The notes beneath the pieces were generated by a model, which saw nothing but the letters and a program-made list of their open reading frames with translations, did no database searches and had not been told where the DNA came from. The position numbers were made by a program, and so were the translations under genes. Shown piece after piece: positions 36,687 to 43,806 of a stretch of 64,000 nucleotides of DNA. Positions within the stretch are counted from its first letter, which is position 1, and every line of letters begins with the position of its first letter. The stretch comes from Mycobacteriales bacterium (lineage in GTDB: Bacteria; Actinomycetota; Actinomycetes; BP-191): positions 26,922 to 90,921 of the forward strand of contig DATLOQ010000004.1 of NCBI GenBank assembly GCA_035536235.1, read 5' to 3'.

Positions 36687-37112
36687 CTACTTGTGGGTGA
36701 ACGTGTAGGCGACCTTGGCTGTCGGTCCGCCCTCGACGTTGCAGACGGCGATCTTCACCAGCTGGCCTGGGGTCGCCTTCTTGTAGGTCACCTTGCGCAC
36801 GGGTGCAGTGTTCGTGGGGTCGAGCTCGGCGGCCTGCCCGAGGAGCCTGCCCTTCGCGTCGAAGAGCTCGAGGACCCAGTCGCCGAGGAACCCGCTCAGC
36901 TCGATCTCGAGCACCCCACGGCTGGGCAGCTTCACCTGCCGGGTGTTCTTCGTCATGCCTTCGAGGCCGTCCGTGCAGTGCGACGCGCCGTCCACCGGGT
37001 AGGGCACGGGTGCGGTGACGGAGTAGCTCTCCCGCACCGGCGGCTGATGTCCCGCGGACGCCGGCAGGGCGAGCGCGACGACGGCGAGCACGGCAGGCAC
37101 TGTCCTTCGCAT
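36687..37112 (-). CDS. Secreted beta-sandwich (pre-peptidase C-terminal-like) protein
   Basis: Signal peptide MRRTVPAVLAVVALALPASA. GDWVLELFDAKGRLLGQA resembles PPC-domain strands. Confidence 0.55.
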   Translation of the reverse strand: MRRTVPAVLAVVALALPASAGHQPPVRESYSVTAPVPYPVDGASHCTDGLEGMTKNTRQVKLPSRGVLEIELSGFLGDWVLELFDAKGRLLGQAAELDPTNTAPVRKVTYKKATPGQLVKIAVCNVEGGPTAKVAYTFTHK

Positions 37113-37236
37113 GCATTCCGTATTCGCCGGCGCGGCGCCCAGACCTCCCCGCCGGTCGGATGCGCCAGGAATGCCGGCCTGCCGAGATCATCGTCCGACC
37201 TCGCCCGGACGAGGGCCGCCGGGTAGCCTCCGCGGC

Positions 37237-37416
37237 ATGGCGAGTGACGACCCGCGCCCGGCGTTCTGCAGCTGGTGCGGCGCGAGCGCGCCGGACGGCG
37301 TACCGCTGTCGTGGTCTACGCAGACGTCGGAGCGCGGCGTGCAGACCCTGTGCGAGGCCTGCACCCGCACCAACGTGCGCTCCATAGAGGCCAAGCTCGA
37401 CAGCGAGTGGTGGTAG
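37237..37416 (+). CDS. Small CxxC...CxxC zinc-ribbon-like protein (59 aa)
   Basis: ATG 37237. FCSWCG ... LCEACT gives two CxxC pairs. High GC3. Confidence 0.5.
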   Translation: MASDDPRPAFCSWCGASAPDGVPLSWSTQTSERGVQTLCEACTRTNVRSIEAKLDSEWW

Positions 37417-37423
37417 TCGCGAA

Positions 37424-38770
37424 TCACGCGGTACGGCGGCGAGCGCGCGGCTTGCGGGGAGCCGGCGCGAAGCCGGGCAGCAGCTCCTCCGCGATGGCCC
37501 GGAACCGTCCGGACGCACCGAGCTGGCACAGGACGCCGGTCGTCCCGGTGGCGACGCGGTGCACGAGCAGGTAGTCCGGCGGCAGGTTGAGCTGGCGGCC
37601 CAGCCGGCCCATCTCCGACCGGGGATCACCGACCCGTCTCGCCTCGTGCCGAAGCCACTCGCGGCTGAAGGTGAACTCCTCGTCGACGACTGAGGCGAGC
37701 AACGGTCCGACGTAGGCCAGGAGCGCTCCCGGCGCAACGCTGATGTCGGCGCGGAGGAATCCCTCGGAGCGGAAGAGCCCTTCGACGCGTGCCGCGTCGT
37801 CCTCGACGACAGCGCGAGCGATCTGACCGAAGCCGACCGGCATGCCGCCGGGCAGTCGCGCGACCGCCCCGAAGTCGATGACCCCGAGCCGCCCGTCGTC
37901 GAGAAGCCGGAAGTTGCCGGGATGCGGGTCCGCGTGCAGGAGCCCGACACGGGTCGGCGAGTCGTAGAGGAAGCGGGCCAGCCGCGCGCCGGCCAGGTCG
38001 CGCTGCTCCTGGGTGCCCTCGCGGATGATCTCCGCCAGCGGCGTGCCGTCGAGCCACTCTGTGACGAGAACCCGCTCTGCGCCGGCGACGACGTCGGGGA
38101 CGGCGATGTACGGATCACCGGCGTACGCCAGCGCGAACGCCCGCTGGGAGTCGGCCTCCTGAACGTAGTCGAGCTCCTCGGCCACTCGAGTTTTCATCTC
38201 CGCCAACAGCGGGTTGATGTCCAGCCCCGGAGACAGCACCGCGAAGAGGCGGGCCAGCCGAGCGAGCTGCGTCAGGTCGCTGAGCAACGCGGGGCCAGCG
38301 CCGGGATACTGCACCTTCACGGCGACCCGCCGGCCGTCGTGCCACACTCCGCGATGGACCTGGCCGATGCTCGCTGCAGCGGCAGGGACGTCGGAGAACG
38401 ACGTGAAGGCCTTCGACCATTCGGGGTCCAGCTCCCGCCGCAGGACGGCGTGCACCTGGGTGGCCGGCAGCGCCGGGGCAGCCTCCTGCAGCCTCGTCAG
38501 AGCCGCCCGGTACGGTCCCGCGATCTCCTCCGGCAGCGCCGCTTCGAAGACCGAGAGGGCCTGGCCCATCTTCATGGCGCCGCCCTTGAGCTCCCCGAGC
38601 ACCCGGAAGACCTGCTCGGCGGTGCGGTGCTGCAGCTCGGTGGCCACGATCTCCGCCGGTCGGCCGCCGAGGCGCTTGCCCAGTCCGAGCGCACTGCGAC
38701 CGGCGAAACCCAGGGGAAGCGTGGCGAGCTTCGCGGTGCGGGTCACTGCCCGCCGAGGGATGTCCGGCAC
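37424..38770 (-). CDS. ABC1/UbiB (AarF) atypical kinase family protein
   Basis: LGELKGGAMKMGQALS, ASIGQVHRG, HADPHPGNF and VIDFGAV. GTG 38770 avoids the overlap with the upstream gene; GTG 38827 is the alternative. Confidence 0.85.
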   Translation of the reverse strand: MPDIPRRAVTRTAKLATLPLGFAGRSALGLGKRLGGRPAEIVATELQHRTAEQVFRVLGELKGGAMKMGQALSVFEAALPEEIAGPYRAALTRLQEAAPALPATQVHAVLRRELDPEWSKAFTSFSDVPAAAASIGQVHRGVWHDGRRVAVKVQYPGAGPALLSDLTQLARLARLFAVLSPGLDINPLLAEMKTRVAEELDYVQEADSQRAFALAYAGDPYIAVPDVVAGAERVLVTEWLDGTPLAEIIREGTQEQRDLAGARLARFLYDSPTRVGLLHADPHPGNFRLLDDGRLGVIDFGAVARLPGGMPVGFGQIARAVVEDDAARVEGLFRSEGFLRADISVAPGALLAYVGPLLASVVDEEFTFSREWLRHEARRVGDPRSEMGRLGRQLNLPPDYLLVHRVATGTTGVLCQLGASGRFRAIAEELLPGFAPAPRKPRARRRTA

Positions 38771-38777
38771 TCCCTCA

Positions 38778-39878
38778 CTATGACGCGGGGAGAGCCCCTG
38801 CGCCGCCTGAGGCACACCCGGGCTCACCAGCGGTCGACACGCAGCCGCACCGAGGGTGGGGCGACCAGCCGCGCCGGCGCACCGACCACTCGGGCAGCCG
38901 CACCTCGAGGGTCGCGTTGACGCAGAGGGAGGGCATCGGACCGGCGAGATGCGCCAGCACCTGCGCGGTGGCGAGTGCGGCGACCGCAGCAGTCAGCGCA
39001 GCGCCGCCAGCGGACCGGGCGCGACCCGCGGTCGCGAGCTGTGCGGCGAGGAGCGGCCAAGCAGGATCGCGTTCGGCGCGGGCGAAGTCGAGGCACCGTG
39101 GGCAGGCGCTCCGACCTGGGACCGTGAGCGGACCGACGACGCCGCAGGTCTCCCGGACGCCGGCCAGCAGCCAGGGCACGTGCTCGGCCCGCAGGAGATC
39201 GACGACGTCATGCCGGGCGACCGCGTGGTGATCGGCCGCGACCAGCACCAGGTCGGCATCGGCGCAGTCCTCCACCGACGGCAGGCGGACCGCCGCATCG
39301 ACGTCCGCAGTGCCGCTCGCCCGGACGTGCGCCATGGCGCTCACCACACGTGGCCGACCATCGGCCGACGGCCGAACTCCGGGTACGACGTCGCTCTCGT
39401 CGCCAGTAACGTCGTCCCGCAACAACAGGCGCCCGACACCGCTGGCGGCAAGCAGACCCGCCGTCAAGGTGCCCAGCCGGCCGCAACCGGCGATCAGCAC
39501 GGTGGCCTGCCCCCGCGCCGTCATGACGCGCCGTGAGCTGCCGGGCGCTCCGACCAGCGAGAGCTCGGCGAGCTCGGGAGCCAGCCGAGCCTGCTCCCAG
39601 CGGGAGACCGACGGCGGTGACACGGAGGCGTCGTCGAGCGCCCCGGCGGAAAGGAGCAGGTCGAGCATCGACTCCACGTCCGTGCTGGAGATGCCCATCC
39701 GCGCCGCCGCGGCTGCGACGCCGGCCCGGTCCCGAGTCCCGTCGAGAAGCGTGAGCAGGCTCTCGGCCTGCGGCGTGAGGCCCTGCAGCACCACGCTGTG
39801 CCGAGGATCGACACCGAGCTGAAGCGTGGTGGCATCACGCCACAGCAGGCGCAGAGCCGAGTTGAGCACTGGTCGCAT
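38778..39878 (-). CDS. ThiF/E1-like adenylyltransferase family protein with N-terminal leader-peptide-binding-like domain
   Basis: The N-terminus (LLWRDATTLQLGVDPRHSVVLQGL...LLTLLDGTRD) resembles cyclodehydratase-docking/RRE-type domains. Rossmann motif LIAGCGRLGT. CPRC motif. Confidence 0.65.
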   Translation of the reverse strand: MRPVLNSALRLLWRDATTLQLGVDPRHSVVLQGLTPQAESLLTLLDGTRDRAGVAAAAARMGISSTDVESMLDLLLSAGALDDASVSPPSVSRWEQARLAPELAELSLVGAPGSSRRVMTARGQATVLIAGCGRLGTLTAGLLAASGVGRLLLRDDVTGDESDVVPGVRPSADGRPRVVSAMAHVRASGTADVDAAVRLPSVEDCADADLVLVAADHHAVARHDVVDLLRAEHVPWLLAGVRETCGVVGPLTVPGRSACPRCLDFARAERDPAWPLLAAQLATAGRARSAGGAALTAAVAALATAQVLAHLAGPMPSLCVNATLEVRLPEWSVRRRGWSPHPRCGCVSTAGEPGCASGGAGALPAS

Positions 39879-39991
39879 GATGTTCGCACCCCTTTTGGCC
39901 GACGGCGGGTGGCAGGGTTACATCAGTCCGACTCTGCCGCCGTACGCCGTCCACAGCGGGCGCTTGTCCCCAGATCCGGCGCAGCACCTCC

Positions 39992-40033
39992 GAAAAGCCG
40001 CGAGGCAGCATCCCGGAAGGGATGCCGCCTCGC
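39992..40033 (-). terminator. Intrinsic terminator downstream of the DUF5679 gene
   Basis: 15-bp stem (40000-40014 / 40019-40033, one mismatch) with a GGAA loop. On the minus strand it is followed by GCTTTTCGG. Confidence 0.6.
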
Positions 40034-40052
40034 AGGGAAGAGGAAGTGGACG

Positions 40053-40205
40053 TCAGGCCTTGCCGAGGATCCGGTTCATCTTCGTGGTGCAGACCGGGCA
40101 CGACCCCTTGGCCATCCGACGGCCGTTGTCCGTCGTGGTGACTTCACCGTCGAACTCACGCTTCTCCTTGCACTTCACGCAGTAGCCCTCGTACTTCTCG
40201 GACAC
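40053..40205 (-). CDS. DUF5679-type zinc-ribbon protein (50 aa, not in ORF track)
   Basis: My translation is VSEKYEGYCVKCKEKREFDGEVTTTDNGRRMAKGSCPVCTTKMNRILGKA. It has CxxC...CxxC and a strong GGAGGAGGAG SD. Confidence 0.8.
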   Translation of the reverse strand: MSEKYEGYCVKCKEKREFDGEVTTTDNGRRMAKGSCPVCTTKMNRILGKA

Positions 40206-40313
40206 GGTGCTCCTCCTCCGGTGGGTACTGGTCGAGGCCAGCGTACCGGTCTGAGCACGAAATCCCGCCTAAGGGCGGTGCGCAGCGCCCTGTCGAGGTC
40301 GCCGTGAGGATGC

Positions 40314-41075
40314 TCAGCCGTCCGCCGGCTGATCATCGGACGGCTTGCCGCTGGGCTCAGGGCTGGGCTTCGCGCTCCGCTCGTTGCGGGGCTCCTCACT
40401 GGGCTTGGCCCGGCGCTCGGAGCTGGCTGTGGGCCTTGACGTGGGCTTGCCCGTACGCCGGTCGGAGCTCTTGGTAGCGCGTGCCTTCGGCTCCTCGCGG
40501 TCCCCTTGCTCCGCACCCCGGCCCTTCTCGTCGTCGTCCTGGGCGCCACGGCGGGGCTCGGCCGACGGACTCGGCAGGGAGGCGCGCTGAGCGTCCAGGG
40601 CGGCGCAGAGGCTCTCTACGCCAGCGGCCGTGGAGAGGTCGAAGCTGCCGAAAGGCAGCGCGAGCGTGTCGGCGTGTGCGGCCGCCCGGACGAAATGACC
40701 GTGGTTGGTGGCGGCGCCGGTCTTGGCGAAAAGGGGATCCTTGCCCCTCGGGGAGCAGGCAGCGACCCTGGACACGAGCGAGCCGCGGGATTCCGCCCGG
40801 GACGCCTTCGGCGTCGGTGCGGCGGTGGCACTCGGCCGAGCGCTCGGGTTGGCGCCTGCTGGCGCGGCCTCGAAGGCCCCGGATACAGCCTGGACCGAGC
40901 CGCGAAGCGCTGCGGCCACGGGGTTCGCGATCTCAACGCCGGCGGCGTTGCCGATCGCTGGCGCGAGGACGGCGAAGCCGACAGAGATCGCGATGCCACC
41001 GGCTAGGCGGCGAACCGCTCGACCGCGCGGGCTGCTCGGCCGATGGGGCTGTGGCTGCGTGCTGTCGCTGGGCAC
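40314..41075 (-). CDS. Secreted protein with highly charged C-terminal tail
   Basis: An Arg-rich N-region followed by a hydrophobic segment (GGIAISVGFAVLAPAIGNAAG). The C-terminus is K/E/R/P-rich. Confidence 0.5.
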   Translation of the reverse strand: MPSDSTQPQPHRPSSPRGRAVRRLAGGIAISVGFAVLAPAIGNAAGVEIANPVAAALRGSVQAVSGAFEAAPAGANPSARPSATAAPTPKASRAESRGSLVSRVAACSPRGKDPLFAKTGAATNHGHFVRAAAHADTLALPFGSFDLSTAAGVESLCAALDAQRASLPSPSAEPRRGAQDDDEKGRGAEQGDREEPKARATKSSDRRTGKPTSRPTASSERRAKPSEEPRNERSAKPSPEPSGKPSDDQPADG

Positions 41076-41299
41076 GGGGCGCCATTCTGCCGATGAAATC
41101 CGCTTCCGCGGGCGACGCTGCTGCGTCTACAGAGACCTCCAAGTCTAGATCGTCAGGGGCCCAGGGCCACCTTCAGGGCTGAACGGCGTAATTCACGCTG
41201 CAATCGGCTGAGCCAGTCGGCGTCGCCGCGCTTACTGCGCGGGGTGGCGAGTGGCTCGGGGTAGCGTCGCTGGCACCGTCGACGGACAGGGAGGCTCGC

Positions 41300-42091
41300 G
41301 TGACCGACGTACCCCTGCGGGTGGAACGCCCCGCAGACGGGGTGGCGCTGCTGACCCTTGACCTGCCCGACCGGCGCAACGCCATGACGCCGGAGCTGAC
41401 CGCGGCCTGGGCGAGCGCTGTCGCCGACCTTGCCGTCGACCCCGCTCTCCGCGCGGTCGTCGTCACTGGCTCGGGCAAGGCGTTCTGCGCCGGCGGAGAC
41501 CTGTCCTGGCTCGGCGGTTCGCCCGACACCACGGTGGCGCAGCTGCGGGAGCGGATGCTCCCCTTCTACCGGACCTGGCTCGCGATCCGGTCCCTGGACG
41601 TGCCCGTGATCGCCGCCGTCAACGGCGCGGCAGTCGGCGCCGGACTCTGCCTGGCTCTGGCCTGCGACATCCGGCTGGCGTCGACCGCGGCGGTCTTCTC
41701 CGCGCCCTTCGTCTCCCTGGGCATCCACGCTGGCATGGCCGCGACGTTCCTGCTGCCGGAAGCTGTCGGGCTCCCGCGCGCGCGGGAGCTGCTCTTCACC
41801 GGCCGCCGGGTCGACGCGGGTGAGGCGCTCCAGATCGGCCTCTGCGAAGCAGTGCATCCGCCCGCCGAGCTGATGCCGGCCGCGCTGGCAGTCGCAGCGC
41901 AGATAGCCGCCGGGGCGCCAGTCGCCGTGCGCCTGACGAAGGCGGCGCTGAGCTTCGCCGGACACCGGACGATCGAGGAGGCGCTGGCCTGGGAGGGCCT
42001 GGCCCAGCCGGTGACGATGGCCGGCGCTGACCTGCAGGAAGGGCTCGCGGCGCAAGCCGAACGTCGGCCGCCCCGCTTCACCGGCCAGTAG
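41300..42091 (+). CDS. Enoyl-CoA hydratase/isomerase (crotonase) family protein
   Basis: FCAGGDL, IAAVNGAAVGAGLCLALACD and TGRRVDAGEALQIGL. GGGAGG SD before the GTG. Confidence 0.85.
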   Translation: MTDVPLRVERPADGVALLTLDLPDRRNAMTPELTAAWASAVADLAVDPALRAVVVTGSGKAFCAGGDLSWLGGSPDTTVAQLRERMLPFYRTWLAIRSLDVPVIAAVNGAAVGAGLCLALACDIRLASTAAVFSAPFVSLGIHAGMAATFLLPEAVGLPRARELLFTGRRVDAGEALQIGLCEAVHPPAELMPAALAVAAQIAAGAPVAVRLTKAALSFAGHRTIEEALAWEGLAQPVTMAGADLQEGLAAQAERRPPRFTGQ

Positions 42092-42174
42092 ACCGAGGCT
42101 CCTGGAGCCGCCTGGACCAGGGTCGGTGGGAGCCAAGAGCCGGATCTGGCCCGGCCGGCACCGGGATGCGGCAA

Positions 42175-42244
42175 AGCCCCCGGTGTCCTCGTCCCACCCG
42201 CCTTCCCCTTGCGGATGGAACTCGGCCCCCGGGGGCTTCGTCGT
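42175..42244 (+). repeat. Extended copy of the hairpin element seen at 26957-26996
   Basis: Starts AGCCCCCGGTG (42175-42185), contains CTTCCCC, and ends CCGGGGGCTTCGTCGT (42229-42244, identical to 26981-26996). AAGCCCCCGG pairs with CCGGGGGCTT. Confidence 0.4.
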
Positions 42245-42296
42245 GCAGGACGGTAGGGGCCGTCATGGCGGTGGTCAACGACCCGGACCGCGTGCC

Positions 42297-42373
42297 TGTG
42301 GACGACTCTGGGGACGACCTGGGGACCCGTCCCGATAATGCTGTGGACGATCTGTCGACACCGTTGTGGACGA
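42297..42373 (+). repeat. Three identical direct 9-mers TGTGGACGA (complement TCGTCCACA, DnaA-box-like)
   Basis: Copies at 42297-42305, 42342-42350 and 42365-42373, in different reading phases. They lie inside a roughly 470-nt gap between CDSs. Confidence 0.35.
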
Positions 42374-42561
42374 GGCTGTGGCTTACGCCGCTCGCCGCCC
42401 CGCTGACCTGCGGGGATGCCACCGCGGCGGCTGTGCACGAAAGAAAGTTGCGATCGAGGAAACGCGAGGTAACACCAGAAACGCTCTTTCGCCAGCCCTG
42501 GGCCCCGCTTACCCGGCCCCGCTTCCCTGCCGTGGCCGCCAGCGGCCCGTACCGTTGGTGG

Positions 42562-43131
42562 ATGACCGTCGCCCGGCCCGACCACGTGGAGCTGCGACTC
42601 GGCGATGCCAGCTCGGGCGTAGTCGAGGTGCGGCGCAGCGCCCGCCGCCGGCGGACCGTCTCGGCCTACCGGGACGGCGACCGCACCATCGTGCTGGTCC
42701 CCGCGCGTCTCTCCCGCGCGGAGGAAGAGCGGTGGGTCGAGACGATGCTGACTCGCCTGCGCACGCAGGAGACCCGCCGTCGCGTACGTCGTGACGACGA
42801 CCTGATCGCTCGCGCGCAGCGCCTCTCGCGAGCGCACCTCGACGGCCGGGCTCGGCCCGCCGACGTGCGCTGGGTGACCAACCAGGCGACCCGCTGGGGC
42901 TCCTGCACGCCCGCGGACGCCACCATCCGACTCTCGCACCGGCTACGGGAGATGCCTGACTGGGTGGTTGACTACGTCCTCGTCCACGAGCTGTCGCATC
43001 TTCTGGTGGCCGACCACTCGCCGCAGTTCTGGGACCTCGTCGCCCGCTATCCGCTGGCCGAGCGGGCCCGCGGGTTCCTCCTCGGCGTAGCTGCGGCCGG
43101 TCGCCTTCCCGCTGACTCCGACTGCTCGTGA
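42562..43131 (+). CDS. DUF45/YgjP-like (M48-type) zinc metallopeptidase
   Basis: VEVRRSARRRRTVSAY, WGSCTPADATIRLS and the HExxH motif YVLVHELSHL. ATG 42562 chosen because rare codons upstream argue against the longer ORF. Confidence 0.7.
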   Translation: MTVARPDHVELRLGDASSGVVEVRRSARRRRTVSAYRDGDRTIVLVPARLSRAEEERWVETMLTRLRTQETRRRVRRDDDLIARAQRLSRAHLDGRARPADVRWVTNQATRWGSCTPADATIRLSHRLREMPDWVVDYVLVHELSHLLVADHSPQFWDLVARYPLAERARGFLLGVAAAGRLPADSDCS

Positions 43132-43763
43132 CGCCGGTCATGGTCGGCGCGGTGCTGGTCACCCCAGCGTCATCCGCGCGGGGCAGCGCCCCGCCAGGAG
43201 TGGATGTCTCCGCCTGGTGGCGGGCACTCGTCGAGGACACCCAGGACGTCGTCGCGGCCCTGACCTCGGTCCGGCCAGCCGTTGCGGTGGCCGCGCCGGT
43301 CGATGCCGAAGCCGTGCGGGCGTTGACGTGGCCGGGCACCCCCATCGTGCGGCTGCCGGCCGGGCTGGACCCGGCCCTGCACCTGGTGACGACCCTGGAT
43401 GCGCTCGGAGCGCTCGGTGCAGAGCTGGCCGTGGTGCTGGCGGCGGACGCCCCGGACCTGCCCGGCATGCTCGTCGGCAAGCTGTTCTCCGCGCTCGAGG
43501 ACGCCCCCCTCGCGGTCAGCCCCGCCCGCGGCGGCGGACTCTGCGGACTGGGCGCGCGTCTGCCGTTGCCCGAGTGGTTGCGCGCTGCACGCATCGACCT
43601 GGACCAGGCCGATGCGCTGGACCGGCTGCACGCTGCTGCGCCGGCCGGGGGGGTGGTCGTCGGGCCTGGCTGGCACCGGCTGCGGAGCCCGACCGACATC
43701 CGGCACCTCGACGCCAGCCTGGAGGGGTGGGACGCTACTCGCGCACTGCTCAGCGGACGGTGA
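43128..43763 (+). CDS. DUF2064-like (GT-A/nucleotidyltransferase-like) protein
   Basis: GTGA overlap with the upstream stop. VVLAADAPDLPG...AVSPARGGGLCGLG and the terminal SPTDIRHL match the DUF2064 pattern loosely. Confidence 0.5.
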   Translation: MTPVMVGAVLVTPASSARGSAPPGVDVSAWWRALVEDTQDVVAALTSVRPAVAVAAPVDAEAVRALTWPGTPIVRLPAGLDPALHLVTTLDALGALGAELAVVLAADAPDLPGMLVGKLFSALEDAPLAVSPARGGGLCGLGARLPLPEWLRAARIDLDQADALDRLHAAAPAGGVVVGPGWHRLRSPTDIRHLDASLEGWDATRALLSGR

Positions 43764-43806
43764 CTGCCTTCGCCTGAAGGCGGCGTCCGGCTGGCCCGGA
43801 GGTGTC

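Noticed and set aside
36649-38118. Upstream roughly 490 codons of the 691-aa ORF 36043-38118
   Set aside because: Only the last roughly 200 codons form a GNAT domain. The upstream part overlaps, in antisense or off-frame, the secreted protein, the small CxxC protein and the UbiB kinase genes, and it is Arg/Pro/Ser-rich.
42166-42561. Longer DUF45 peptidase starting at 42166 or 42265
   Set aside because: The stretch around 42430-42490 is full of codons that are rare for this genome (AGA, CGA, AGG, AAA, GTA, ACA, CCA, TTT). The conserved DUF45 N-terminal region begins just after ATG 42562. The region is treated as non-coding and carries the repeated 9-mers.
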